Shown here: positions 9,841 through 19,834 of the stretch, piece by piece | Numbering within the stretch: position 1 is the stretch's first letter | Layout: the number at the start of each line of letters is the position of its first letter | From: Spartobacteria bacterium | GTDB taxonomy: Bacteria; Verrucomicrobiota; Kiritimatiellia; RZYC01 | Reading direction: 5' to 3' | Assembly: GCA_009930475.1 (NCBI GenBank) | Contig: RZYC01000007.1 | Location: 6,188-70,187, forward strand | Length of the DNA: 64,000 nt | Made by a program: the position numbers and the translations under genes | The notes under the pieces: generated by a model | What the model was told of the DNA's origin: nothing | Database searches by the model: none | What the model saw: only the letters and a program-made list of their open reading frames with translations

Positions 9841-10659
9841 TTACCAATCCCTGGAAGCACCGCCGCCACCCGACTGACCACCGCCAAAACCACCGAAACC
9901 GCTGCCGCCAAAACCGCCGCCAAAACCGCCATTCCCGCGTCCGCCGCCACCTTGCAGGGAAGACAGCAAAAATAAAGCCAGCCATGGATGACGAATCAGT
10001 TGGTAAATTATAAAAATGGAAAAAAGAAACATAAATATTTTTTTGTACCAGGGCAATGAGGCCCGCTGCTGCGTATCGATAAAACCCGGGGCAACGAGCC
10101 GACAGACATCTGACGCACCTTTATTGACCACCAAAGCGGGAGCCATACCGTCCCGCAATGCCTGCACCATCTTCTGTTCCAATGTGTCAAAGGCTGACAT
10201 ATCGGACAGCCCCAGAGCTGCGTTATAAATAATGCGCGCCTGCAGCTCACGTTTATTAACGTACAGAAGGATACCTGACCGTTTATTCAGCTGCCATTTC
10301 TCATACAGGAACTGCAGCTGCTCATCGGGATCATGAATAGAATCCCTTGAGGTGAAAATAACAACGCGTATGCGCGTTTTCAGCTCCAGCTGATGTAAAA
10401 GCTGTTCCCAGCGACGGGCGTCCTCTCGCTTGAGAAGGTGACCATCATCATTAACCAGACCGTGGTATCTCGCCTGTTCCAGCTGTGCCTGAGACTGGAC
10501 AGGAGCGAGCAAAAAAAAGACAAGCAGGAGAAAGCCGATGCGGCGGAAGAGTATACTCATCGTTTTAAATATATATGGCGTAATGCGAATCATAATGAAG
10601 GAATTTTGGCGTATGATTTCATTTATGCAAGATAATTCCCTATATCCCGGTGTGCCCAA
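9841..10659 (-). CDS. TPM domain protein with Gly-rich C-terminus (start uncertain, possibly ~10593)
   Basis: VNDDGHLL, GILLYV, C-terminal TM followed by GGGFGGSGFGGFGGGQSGGGGASRDW typical of TPM/YgcG family. Confidence 0.85.
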   Translation of the reverse strand: MGTPGYRELSCINEIIRQNSFIMIRITPYIFKTMSILFRRIGFLLLVFFLLAPVQSQAQLEQARYHGLVNDDGHLLKREDARRWEQLLHQLELKTRIRVVIFTSRDSIHDPDEQLQFLYEKWQLNKRSGILLYVNKRELQARIIYNAALGLSDMSAFDTLEQKMVQALRDGMAPALVVNKGASDVCRLVAPGFIDTQQRASLPWYKKIFMFLFSIFIIYQLIRHPWLALFLLSSLQGGGGRGNGGFGGGFGGSGFGGFGGGQSGGGGASRDW

Positions 10660-10668
10660 AAACGTGAT

Positions 10669-11940
10669 TCATCTCTTATGAAAGAAGATTTCGTATAGCA
10701 GAGACCAATGGGTAAAACGGTGTTCCTCGGCATCGCTTAAAATATCACCCTTGTGCGCCGTGATTTCCTGATTCACCATGCGCTCCAAGAGCTGTTTAAC
10801 AACATAAATGTTGCCATCCATGGCCTGCAATGCACACTCCGCCATTAGATACACTTCATCCGCCGAACACGAATCCTTCACCGGTTCCAGCATTTTTGCC
10901 GCAGCTTTGCGTTTGCCCTGCCGCATGAAGCTTAAGCTCATCAACCAGTGGGCCCGTACATGATCTATGATCTCATTTGGCATTTTCCGCTCATAATCAA
11001 TGGGGGTATGCAGAACCTCATCCAGCATTTTTGGTATAAGCACATCAAAAGTATAGTGCTCTCGAACTTTTTTCATGCCGGCAGCCGCTATTTGCTCCCG
11101 TTCCGCTTCATGTGTGAGGTAATAATTGATTTTATCCAGTAATTCCACCTCGTCGTGATACACCGCCAACTCGTGATCCGGCTCAAATATCTGATCCACA
11201 TCCTCCCGATAATCCGTCAGGATAAATCCCCCGCAGGCCATGGTATCAAAGAGCCGAACGGGTAGCGAGGTGACCAACTGTTCATTTGTGATGTTGATAT
11301 TTATCTTCGACTGACTGTAAATCCGCGGGCAATCCTTACGATTATCCGCATGTCCATGAAATAGCACATTCGGATGCGCGAGAGATCTCCACAGGTCATT
11401 GCCGAACAAATGAATACACTGTCCCTGATCAGCAAGGCGACGAAGCATGTCCTCGCGACGGGGCGTATGTGATGCGACAAAAGTAACATCATATTGATAG
11501 GATCCAGGCTGACGGGTATAGACCAGCGGATTCGTTCCAAAGTGCTGATATTTAACATTCAGAAAGCCCATTTCACAAAGCGGCTCAATATAATGCCGAT
11601 CCCACAAATATATGGAAGAGCAATGACGAATAAGCAGGTGGGATTCAGCCAGCAGTCTTAGCGGATCATCATAAAACCAATAGATAACCTTCACCGGGTT
11701 GGGGTAAACGGCCAAAATATGCGGCAGGATACCGCAGTGATCCACAGTAAAAATAATATCCGGTTCGGTCTTAACCATCGCATCGGCAAACACAACCAGT
11801 GCATGATACCATTCAGCGGGCAGATCGAGAACAGAAACCGTATGTCCAGCGCGTACCAACGTCTGCTGGACATCAACCAGTGTATGCGGCAGTACACGAC
11901 CTGCCCCCTTAAAGGATAGAATTTTCAGTGGCACAGTCAT
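10669..11940 (-). CDS. CgeB-like glycosyltransferase (GT-B, Glyco_trans_1_2)
   Basis: YSQSKININ, RLFDTMACGGFILTD, HEAEREQIAAAG..KV..HYTF. Confidence 0.8.
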   Translation of the reverse strand: MTVPLKILSFKGAGRVLPHTLVDVQQTLVRAGHTVSVLDLPAEWYHALVVFADAMVKTEPDIIFTVDHCGILPHILAVYPNPVKVIYWFYDDPLRLLAESHLLIRHCSSIYLWDRHYIEPLCEMGFLNVKYQHFGTNPLVYTRQPGSYQYDVTFVASHTPRREDMLRRLADQGQCIHLFGNDLWRSLAHPNVLFHGHADNRKDCPRIYSQSKININITNEQLVTSLPVRLFDTMACGGFILTDYREDVDQIFEPDHELAVYHDEVELLDKINYYLTHEAEREQIAAAGMKKVREHYTFDVLIPKMLDEVLHTPIDYERKMPNEIIDHVRAHWLMSLSFMRQGKRKAAAKMLEPVKDSCSADEVYLMAECALQAMDGNIYVVKQLLERMVNQEITAHKGDILSDAEEHRFTHWSLLYEIFFHKR

Positions 11941-12833
11941 GCGCTCTGCTCCCCCCTCAGGCGCGGATCAAAGACATCTCGCAAGGCATCGCCAATCACA
12001 TTAAACGCCAGCACAAGCAGGAAAATGGACAAGGTCACAAACGTCATTTCCCACCAGATGCCCTGCCATAAACGCAACCGGGCATTGTTAATCATGATGC
12101 CCCAGGAGGGTTCATTCTGCACACCGATACCCAGGAAACTGATAAAAATCTCCGTCGCCACCGCCGCAGGAAAGCGCAGCGAAAAAACAATAATGACAAT
12201 ATGCGATACGTTCGGAAGAATATGAAAAAACAGGATACGGACATGGGAATAACCCAGTGCCCGGGCCGCTCGTACATAGGCTCTGTTTTTGTGCTTAATA
12301 ACCTCTGCCCGAATCAGTCGACAGATCCCCACCCATGTCGTAAGGCCTATGCCGCAGTATATACCGGGTAAACCCTTTCCCACCGCAATAGATATAGCCA
12401 AAATAAACAACAGCCCCGGCATGGAAGCAACACTTGAATACAGCCAGACAATCAGCGCATCCGTACGTCCACCAAAGTAACCGCCGATGCACCCCAGGAC
12501 AACACCGATGGGGATAGCAATACAAGAAGTAATAATACCGACCTGAAAGGCAATACGGCTACCCTGCACCACACGTGAAAAGACATCGCGTCCCAGATTA
12601 TCCGTTCCGAAAATATGCGAGGGCGAGGGTGTTTCATAACGTTGCTCCATATTAATTTTCTGATAAGCCGGCGTCTGATCCTGCATCCGATAAAACCAGT
12701 AAACTCCTTCGCCATACAGCGCTGTCAACGTAAACAGCGCAATGAGCAGCAAACAGAAGCGATTCAACTTGCGCCGCCATAGCATTCCACCCGCCGACCG
12801 CCAAATAGACGAACTGTGACTCAATGCATTCAT
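11937..12833 (-). CDS. Oligopeptide/dipeptide ABC transporter permease (OppC/DppC-like)
   Basis: HIFGTDNLGRDVFSRVVQGSR, EAA-like YVRAARALG, HILPNV, SFLGIG, GDALRDVFDPR. Confidence 0.92.
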   Translation of the reverse strand: MNALSHSSSIWRSAGGMLWRRKLNRFCLLLIALFTLTALYGEGVYWFYRMQDQTPAYQKINMEQRYETPSPSHIFGTDNLGRDVFSRVVQGSRIAFQVGIITSCIAIPIGVVLGCIGGYFGGRTDALIVWLYSSVASMPGLLFILAISIAVGKGLPGIYCGIGLTTWVGICRLIRAEVIKHKNRAYVRAARALGYSHVRILFFHILPNVSHIVIIVFSLRFPAAVATEIFISFLGIGVQNEPSWGIMINNARLRLWQGIWWEMTFVTLSIFLLVLAFNVIGDALRDVFDPRLRGEQSA

Positions 12834-14140
12834 GACAACCGAACCCTCGGGTCAACCCACGCATAGCACAAGTCCGTCAGCAGGTTGACGCCCACATAAA
12901 AAAATGCCCCAAACACCACCACCGCCTGAATCACCGCAAAATCCGACGAATTTATTGCGTTGATACTAGCACTGCCCAACCCCGGAACACCGAAAAAACT
13001 CTCCAGCAGCAGGCTGCTCGTAAAAATAAAAGGCAAAGCCATACTGATCTGCGTCACTACCGGAATCATAGCATTACGAAGTACGTGACGTGTCAGAACC
13101 CTTGCGGTGCCTGCCCCTTTGGCATACGCCGTGCGTACATAATCATGATGCATTTCATCCAGCATCACCGTCCGATAAAACCGCACATCCCGTCCCAATC
13201 CAGTGACAATTCCAATAAGAACCGGCAGCACTAAATAAACCACCGATTCAAACCCCCAAATGGGAAACCAGCCCAGTTTAAAAGCAAACAGATATTGACC
13301 ACCAACAATCCATATAATGTAATTCACACTCATCAAGGCTGTTGCAAGAACAACACTCACTCGGTCAAACCATTTGCCCCGCTGCCAGGCACTGACCAAT
13401 GCCAACGCCAGTGCCATAATCGTTGTCCCGAATAATATAGGAATATTCAGCGCAAGCGACGGACCCGCACCCCGACGCAAAATCGCCAGCACATCCTCCC
13501 CCGTTTCCGACGAAACCCCAAAATCCCCCTGCAGCAGACGACGGACATAAAACCAGAGCTGACTGTCAAATGCATGCCCAACACCGCGTTCAAGATAAAT
13601 CATTCGTAAATGGATCGGCGCGGCACTGGTTAAGCTCGGTGCGGCCAATTCTTTGGCCGCTCCCGTCTTAAACACAATCGACATCTTACGCACCTTCACA
13701 CTCGCCGGCAGCGCCTCTTGACTTTCCGATTCAACCCCCGTCAACAACACCGGAGCCATGGATGAATATTCCATGGTCAACCGATACCGGTTGTCCTGAT
13801 ACAAAGGAAACACCAACGGCAATGGCGTCGTCATATCCGACGGAAGGACAACCATATCCCCTTTCTGCATCACATGAGGTAAACGATCCCAGTCACCAGC
13901 ACCAGTCAAAAAATCACCACCGCGAAAAGCCAATGTTTCCACCCACTTCCCGCAAATTAGCGGCAGATTATAGCCATGTGTCTCATTATACTCCTCAATC
14001 GCCTGTGGTTTGGCATTCTGTCCCAGGACCAGAGAGGCAGGGCTGCCCGCAACCACATGAAACAGCAGAAACGTCAACAGCAACACTCCGAACAAAATAG
14101 GAATCATGCGCAGCACACGCAGCAGAACATAACGAATCAT
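12830..14140 (-). CDS. Oligopeptide/dipeptide ABC transporter permease (OppB/DppB-like) with a large extracytoplasmic insertion
   Basis: GDFGVS, DYVRTAYAKG, HVLRNAMIPV, LESFFGVPGLG, DLCYAWVDPRVRL. Confidence 0.92.
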   Translation of the reverse strand: MIRYVLLRVLRMIPILFGVLLLTFLLFHVVAGSPASLVLGQNAKPQAIEEYNETHGYNLPLICGKWVETLAFRGGDFLTGAGDWDRLPHVMQKGDMVVLPSDMTTPLPLVFPLYQDNRYRLTMEYSSMAPVLLTGVESESQEALPASVKVRKMSIVFKTGAAKELAAPSLTSAAPIHLRMIYLERGVGHAFDSQLWFYVRRLLQGDFGVSSETGEDVLAILRRGAGPSLALNIPILFGTTIMALALALVSAWQRGKWFDRVSVVLATALMSVNYIIWIVGGQYLFAFKLGWFPIWGFESVVYLVLPVLIGIVTGLGRDVRFYRTVMLDEMHHDYVRTAYAKGAGTARVLTRHVLRNAMIPVVTQISMALPFIFTSSLLLESFFGVPGLGSASINAINSSDFAVIQAVVVFGAFFYVGVNLLTDLCYAWVDPRVRLS

Positions 14141-14200
14141 TCGCAGTTCCTCTCATCACTCAAATTGGCCGGCCACTTTTTCACGATTACACCCAGTTAA

Positions 14201-14287
14201 AAAAGTTCCAATCATTGGAACTTTTATTTTAAAAACGTCCAATCATTGGAACTTTTGTTTCAGAAAGTTCCAATCATCGGAACTTTT
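14201..14287. repeat. Tandem array of three 25-bp REP-like palindromes, 31-bp period (14201, 14232, 14263)
   Basis: AAAAGTTCCAATCATTGGAACTTTT / AAAACGTCCAATCATTGGAACTTTT / GAAAGTTCCAATCATCGGAACTTTT with 6-nt linkers ATTTTA and GTTTCA; 60 bp downstream of the RAYT copy 2 stop. Confidence 0.92.
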
Positions 14288-14347
14288 ATAAATAGCCCTT
14301 TTTCCACCAATTGGCAATATCCGTCGACAACGAATGAATCAAGCGGA

Positions 14348-15361
14348 TCAACACCAGTGCCCCAGATCACGAATCGTGTATAGATTCAGCCATCCCCCTC
14401 GCATTTTCCGTGCTCCCGTTTTTCGCGACGCGCTGAAATAATCCTGATTCTCGACAAAAAACGCCTCAACAAAGGCCTGCGACCCAAAAACCTGCCCATC
14501 TGAAAAATATCGATTTTTACATTGCAGCCGCTCAAAGTCCGAGATCTTCGTCCGGTGCCTAAGCTTATCCGGAATCATATCCCTATCCAACATCGCAAAA
14601 TGCGGATTTTTACGAACCTCATCATACATCAGAACACGTTCCCAATAAATGGATGACGCAGCACTCCACTCATGAATCTGCTCTTTCACCCGAACCGCAT
14701 CGTCCAGTGGTTCCACCCCTGACACCAACGTCATAATTCCTTTCCGCGCAGCATCTACGCCCCCCATGGCTTCACCCAAACCGCAAAACCGATACGTTTT
14801 TGGATCAGCCACGATACCCGCACGTACCGGATTCATTTCAATATACGAAGCCATCGTGCGCAAGGCCGCACCATCTTCCACCAGCACACTTTTAAAACGA
14901 TGTTCCCACAAGGTTCCGCACCGCCCCGTACGCCGATTATACCAGCAGGAAAACCGTTGCTTCACCTGCTTCATAAACTCGCTAATATCATGCATGCGTA
15001 TCAGATACCGATGCTTATCCTCTTCAACCAGCTCCGTCAACCCCGTCCATTCCCATTCCGCCCAGTGCTCCCGAATTTCATCTACCTCCGCTTCTGTATA
15101 TAAACAACGCAGCCGACGTAGCAGCTCGTCATCATCTATCGCATGCACCGCATCGCGATCCGGCTCCTCCAACAATAAGTGAACATGATTTGTCATCACC
15201 GCATAAGTTAGCACACGTACACCGGTAAAACCCTCCACTTTCCGGATTAATCGCCGCATGTGCTCTTTTTCGACATGGCCCATCAACATCGCTCGGCCCA
15301 CAATACGCGACATACAATGATAATAAGCCAGATGATCTCTTTTAATTCGTTTACGTCTCAT
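14348..15361 (-). CDS. RAYT-like Y1 (HUH) tyrosine transposase, copy 2 (337 aa, most divergent)
   Basis: YYHCMSRIVGR, YAVMTNHVHLLL, GTLWEHRFKSVLV, ASYIEMNPVRAG; start reassigned to ATG 15361 by homology and promoter geometry. Confidence 0.9.
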   Translation of the reverse strand: MRRKRIKRDHLAYYHCMSRIVGRAMLMGHVEKEHMRRLIRKVEGFTGVRVLTYAVMTNHVHLLLEEPDRDAVHAIDDDELLRRLRCLYTEAEVDEIREHWAEWEWTGLTELVEEDKHRYLIRMHDISEFMKQVKQRFSCWYNRRTGRCGTLWEHRFKSVLVEDGAALRTMASYIEMNPVRAGIVADPKTYRFCGLGEAMGGVDAARKGIMTLVSGVEPLDDAVRVKEQIHEWSAASSIYWERVLMYDEVRKNPHFAMLDRDMIPDKLRHRTKISDFERLQCKNRYFSDGQVFGSQAFVEAFFVENQDYFSASRKTGARKMRGGWLNLYTIRDLGHWC

Positions 15362-15428
15362 ACCGTCAAGATAAACACATGATTCGAGGTGTTGCAAGCA
15401 ATATAATATAGTAATAGTCTGGAGATAT
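15362..15428 (-). promoter_or_regulatory. Putative leaderless promoter of RAYT copy 2 with upstream 21-bp box
   Basis: Minus strand: ATATCTCCAGACTATTACTAT (15428-15408), N9, C, TTGCAA (15397-92), N18, TATCTT (15373-68), N6, ATG. Confidence 0.6.
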
Positions 15429-15446
15429 TATTATTTATTTTTGACA

Positions 15447-16508
15447 TCAGTCGTGATAATGACAGGCTACACTCCGGTCGGAAGAGACAGTAACCAGTTC
15501 GGGGGAAAGTAAATCGCACGCATCTTTTCGGTGTTTACAACGTGAGGCGAAAGCGCATCCATCAATCTTTTTTGTGGGATCAGGGACAGAACCGGGGATG
15601 CTTTCAATCCACTGTTGGTGTCCATGCAGTCGGGGTACGGCATGGAGCAATGCCTGCGTGTAGGGATGCATAGGGCTGTTCAGGACTGAAAGGACGGATC
15701 CGCTTTCAACAATTTTACCTGCATACATGACGTAGATATAATCGGCCACATCGGCGATCAGTCCCAGATTGTGGGAAATGAAGAGAATCGTGGTTCCGCG
15801 CTCGCGATTGATCGTGCGAAGCAACTGCATAATTTCTGCCTGAATCGTCACATCCAGTGCCGTGGTGGGCTCGTCGGCAATCAGCACTTCCGGGTCACAG
15901 GCCAATGCCATGGCTATCATCACCCGCTGCTGCTGGCCGCCGCTCAATTCACAGGGATAGCGGCGCCCTATTTTTTGCGGGTCGGGCAACTGAACTAATT
16001 CAAACAGATGCGCCAGCTCACTCTGATCGGCTCTGGTTTTCCGGTGCAAATAAATCGCTTCAGCGACCTGTGCACCAATACGAATCACTGGATTCAGCGA
16101 TCGACCCGGCTCCTGAAATACATACGCGACACGATGACCACGCAATCGCTGAAGTTCGCGTGACGACATATCCATCAGATTTTGGCCGGCGATTTCAATG
16201 CCGCCATGAACCTGACACGCCGGTCTGTCCGGCAATAATCGGGTCAGCGCAAATGCCGTAACACTTTTCCCGCAGCCACTCTCCCCGGCCATGGCACAAA
16301 AAGACCCTTTTTTAATCGAAAAGCTGACATCTCTAACGGCCGCAACGACTCCCTGCCCACTGTTAAATGTCACCGATAAATGATTCACATCGACAACGAA
16401 CTGTTCATTTTTTCCCATAGAGACATCCTGATTTTTCATGCGATGATATTCATGGTTATCTTGCTGACCCGCAAGCACTATATTTATTTGATTTCCATTA
16501 TTGGACAA
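15447..16508 (-). CDS. Oligopeptide ABC transporter ATP-binding protein (OppD/DppD-like; true start probably downstream)
   Basis: Walker [17 protein letters not shown], Walker [21 protein letters not shown]-terminal Cys cluster GCAFASRC...VACH. Confidence 0.93.
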   Translation of the reverse strand: MSNNGNQINIVLAGQQDNHEYHRMKNQDVSMGKNEQFVVDVNHLSVTFNSGQGVVAAVRDVSFSIKKGSFCAMAGESGCGKSVTAFALTRLLPDRPACQVHGGIEIAGQNLMDMSSRELQRLRGHRVAYVFQEPGRSLNPVIRIGAQVAEAIYLHRKTRADQSELAHLFELVQLPDPQKIGRRYPCELSGGQQQRVMIAMALACDPEVLIADEPTTALDVTIQAEIMQLLRTINRERGTTILFISHNLGLIADVADYIYVMYAGKIVESGSVLSVLNSPMHPYTQALLHAVPRLHGHQQWIESIPGSVPDPTKKIDGCAFASRCKHRKDACDLLSPELVTVSSDRSVACHYHD

Positions 16509-16562
16509 CTCGGAATTTCTATATGATTGACAGCTACAGCGAGCCTATGAAAAGATTTCCGC

Positions 16563-17303
16563 ATGAATGAGATACAAACGCCATCCGGTTTATACATTGT
16601 CGCCACGCCCATCGGGAATCTGGCCGACATCACTTTGCGTGCGTTACAAATCCTGAGGGATGTCGACTTTATTGTGGCAGAAGATACGCGTCACAGCCTG
16701 AAACTGCTCAATCATTATGAAATAAAAAAGAAATGTTACAGTTGCCATCAGTTCAATGAAGCCTCGCGCATTGACCGTATCAAAGACGAATTAGGGCAGA
16801 ACAGACGCATCGCTCTGCTAACCGACGCAGGGACGCCATGCATTTCCGATCCCGGCAGTCGACTGGTACACGCTGTACGCGAAGCCGAGCTGCCTGTTTT
16901 CGCCATTCCTGGTGCCTGTGCCGCCGTAGCGGCCTATTCTGTCAGCGGAATCCTATCGGGACAGTTTCATTTTGAAGGCTTTCTCCCCCACAAAAAAGGG
17001 CGAAAAACACGACTGGAACAGATTGCCTCCCTGCCGCTCCCCGTTGTTTTATATGAATCACCCCACCGACTGGCCCGTCTATTAAAAGAACTGGTTCAAT
17101 ATATGGGGTCAGACAGACCCATTCACGTCCTGAAAGAACTGACAAAAATGCACGAACAGTATTTTTACGGGAAGACAGAGGTATTACTCAACCAGCTTGC
17201 CACGGAAAAACATAAGGGAGAATTTGTTATTATAACGGAACCGGGGCATACCATTGACAAAGCAGACAAATCCGTGCTAGTTTCTCCAGACAGTATGAGT
17301 TAG
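16563..17303 (+). CDS. rsmI: 16S rRNA (cytidine1402-2'-O)-methyltransferase
   Basis: LYIVATPIGNLADITLRA, AEDTR, TDAGTPCISDPG, YESPHR, KELTKMHE, KGEFV. Confidence 0.95.
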   Translation: MNEIQTPSGLYIVATPIGNLADITLRALQILRDVDFIVAEDTRHSLKLLNHYEIKKKCYSCHQFNEASRIDRIKDELGQNRRIALLTDAGTPCISDPGSRLVHAVREAELPVFAIPGACAAVAAYSVSGILSGQFHFEGFLPHKKGRKTRLEQIASLPLPVVLYESPHRLARLLKELVQYMGSDRPIHVLKELTKMHEQYFYGKTEVLLNQLATEKHKGEFVIITEPGHTIDKADKSVLVSPDSMS

Positions 17304-17340
17304 AGTACTAAAATGATCCGTGTTAACAGGCAAAAATAAT

Positions 17341-17883
17341 ATGACGAGTTCACAGGCAAAGCAGGAACAACTTTTCGCATCCATTTGCGGAAGTGCTGCT
17401 TATATCACAGTTAAGCAAAGGGGATCCTTCCGTGTCGGCCATATCCTCAAACAGTTCGCTGTTGCAGCCATTGATGCCAACGTAACGACGTTAATATTTG
17501 ACATGCAGGAATGTAAAGGACTGGACAGTACATTCATGGGAGTTTTAGCGGGTCTGTCAGGTCGGGCGGGAAAAAGCGGCGGGCGGGTGATCCTTATTCA
17601 TGTATCCCCGCATATTAATGCTCTGCTCAGCACACTGGGTCTGGACACATTGGTGCAGATACATTTACAGAATGAAGTTCCAAATGAAATTCGGCGAATT
17701 ATTCCTGCCTGTGACCAGCAGCTGAATGAAATCAAGGGAGAAACCAGTCAGCTGGATTCCTCTCGCACCATGCTGGATGCACATCAGACACTGGTGGAAA
17801 TGATCCCTGAAAACCTCGCGAAATTCAAAGATGTTCTCGAACTGATGAAGGCCGACATGGCGCGGCACAGTTCAGGGAAATGA
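17341..17883 (+). CDS. STAS-domain anti-sigma factor antagonist with C-terminal extension (alternative GTG start 17320)
   Basis: IFDMQECKGLDSTFMGVLAG STAS phospho-Ser motif; LLSTLGLD. Confidence 0.8.
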   Translation: MTSSQAKQEQLFASICGSAAYITVKQRGSFRVGHILKQFAVAAIDANVTTLIFDMQECKGLDSTFMGVLAGLSGRAGKSGGRVILIHVSPHINALLSTLGLDTLVQIHLQNEVPNEIRRIIPACDQQLNEIKGETSQLDSSRTMLDAHQTLVEMIPENLAKFKDVLELMKADMARHSSGK

Positions 17884-17899
17884 AAGGACGTTCATTCTC

Positions 17900-19342
17900 A
17901 TGAATGCCTTCTCACTGGCCATGCCGCTCGCTATGCTTATCGGGATGATCATTATCATCATGCGGTCTCACGTACTGCTGCAGCGTATGCGTGATAAGTC
18001 CGACGGCATTCAGCACGAAAAAGAAATGGTCTTCGGGTTTGTTCACGATATATCGGATATTTTTGCCGACATGGATACCATTGAGACGCCGGCCCTGCTC
18101 AAGCGCATCCTTTTTTACACCACGCGAACCTCACAGGCCAGTGCCGGAGCGGTATATATGTTAAACCATGAAACGCGTGAGCTAACCGCCAAAGCCATTG
18201 CCGGATTATTTCCTCCAGTTGTACCGCTGGTAGGCATAGACCTAGACAACTTGATATGCAAAGCGGATCACATTAATGACTTAGTAAAAAACACACCCAT
18301 CCTTCTCGGCCAGGGTTTAATTGGGCAGGTGGCAGACATCGGCACGACCATTCTCATTGAAGATGCGGAACTGGATGCCCGCATTCCAAAATACAGGCAT
18401 GATTTTCTCAAAATAAAATCAATCATCCTGGTTCCCCTCCGTTTCCATCAGCAGGTACTTGGACTGGTCGTCCTTGTAAACCGCATTGACGAACAGCCAT
18501 TCACAGAATCAGATGCCGGCCTGCTTCAGGCACTGGCGGATCAAGCCTCGGTCACCATCCATTTTTCATCCATCCGCGAGCAGCTGCTGGAAAAGAAGCG
18601 CATTGACCACGATCTTGATGTCGCACGGAGCATTCAGTTTTCCCTGCTACCCAAACAGATCCCGGAATTCCCCGGCATAGAAATCGCGGCATATAACTAT
18701 CCGGCACTTGAGGTGGGCGGTGACTATTACGATTTCATCCAGGTCGACGAAGATCATCTCGGCATCGCCATTGCCGATGTATCGGGCAAAGGAATCAGCG
18801 GAGCAATAATTATGGCCATGTGCCGCAGCGTGTTACGAGCACAGGCACGCGGAAACCGGAGCCCTGCGGACGTCCTTCGCACAGTGAATCAGGTCATGCT
18901 GTCGGATATTTCGGAAGACATGTTTGTCTGCATGCTCTACATGGTGCTAAATATTCACACCCATGAAATTACTGTCGCACGAGCGGGTCTTGAACGACCA
19001 ATATTATATACGAACGATGCCGAACAGAGTGTAACCCCCATCAACACACGCGGTTGTGCACTGGGACTTACCGACGAAGACACCTTTGATATGATATTGG
19101 AAGAAGTGACCATGACCATGCAGCCGGGCTCGGTCATTGTCGCCTATTCCGACGGGATAACAGAAGCGCGTGATGTGAATCAGGAAGAATGGGGGTTTGC
19201 AAACCTGACCGAAACGGTGCGGCAGACCGCTCCGGAAGATGCCTATTGCGTCATCGGATCGGTAAGGGAACGCATCATGCGTTTTGTAGGAAAAATGAAA
19301 CAATATGATGATATGACCTTGCTCGCGTTGCGGATCATATGA
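17900..19342 (+). CDS. GAF + PP2C (SpoIIE/RsbU-type) phosphoserine phosphatase
   Basis: GAF (LGQGLIGQVA...SIILVPL...VLGLVVLVN), VGGDYYDF, IADVSGKG, YSDGITEA, YDDMTLLA. Confidence 0.92.
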   Translation: MNAFSLAMPLAMLIGMIIIIMRSHVLLQRMRDKSDGIQHEKEMVFGFVHDISDIFADMDTIETPALLKRILFYTTRTSQASAGAVYMLNHETRELTAKAIAGLFPPVVPLVGIDLDNLICKADHINDLVKNTPILLGQGLIGQVADIGTTILIEDAELDARIPKYRHDFLKIKSIILVPLRFHQQVLGLVVLVNRIDEQPFTESDAGLLQALADQASVTIHFSSIREQLLEKKRIDHDLDVARSIQFSLLPKQIPEFPGIEIAAYNYPALEVGGDYYDFIQVDEDHLGIAIADVSGKGISGAIIMAMCRSVLRAQARGNRSPADVLRTVNQVMLSDISEDMFVCMLYMVLNIHTHEITVARAGLERPILYTNDAEQSVTPINTRGCALGLTDEDTFDMILEEVTMTMQPGSVIVAYSDGITEARDVNQEEWGFANLTETVRQTAPEDAYCVIGSVRERIMRFVGKMKQYDDMTLLALRII

Positions 19343-19377
19343 TAATTTTGCCGTTTATTGGGAGGTAAAAAACAATT

Positions 19378-19719
19378 ATGAAAGAATGTGCAATCGATAA
19401 AGAAGTTAAAGGTGACATAGTCATTTTGACATTGAACGGCTCACTTGATGCCTATTCCTTTCCCAATCTGGAAAGAGAACTGAAACAGCTGCGAGAGAAC
19501 AATGACACAAAGGTCGTGCTCGACTGCACCCATCTGGATTACGTCCACAGTGCGGCATTGGGCGCATTTATCGGATTTGCACGTACGTCGCGATCCCATG
19601 GCGGTGACCTCAAACTGGTCAATCTTTCTCCCAAAATTTACAACATCGTAGAACTGCTGGGATTTCACAAAATACTTGATATTCACAAAGATTTAGCTAA
19701 AGCAGTGAGCGGTTTCTAA
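19378..19719 (+). CDS. STAS-domain anti-sigma factor antagonist (RsbV/SpoIIAA-like)
   Basis: LNGSLDA, VVLDCTHLDYVHSAALG, GGDLKLVNL, LLGF. Confidence 0.9.
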   Translation: MKECAIDKEVKGDIVILTLNGSLDAYSFPNLERELKQLRENNDTKVVLDCTHLDYVHSAALGAFIGFARTSRSHGGDLKLVNLSPKIYNIVELLGFHKILDIHKDLAKAVSGF

Positions 19720-19765
19720 AACACCGGCAGCCGTTGGGCTGTATATCGCAATAGACCGATCAACG

Positions 19766-19795
19766 AACGACAGTCATTTTTGACTGTTGTTTTTT
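19766..19795 (+). terminator. Probable intrinsic terminator
   Basis: AACGACAGTCA-TTTT-TGACTGTTGTT stem followed by a T-run, 47 nt after the STAS stop. Confidence 0.5.
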
Positions 19796-19834
19796 GTGAT
19801 TGATAACGGGACATTTAAAAGGATATCTGAATAA

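Noticed and set aside
14201-14287. CRISPR array interpretation of the 31-bp arrays (also 745-831)
   Set aside because: Linkers are only 6 nt, unit orientation varies, there are at most three units, and no cas genes are present.
19720-19834. CIRCE element upstream of grpE
   Set aside because: No TTAGCACTC-N9-GAGTGCTAA match is present.
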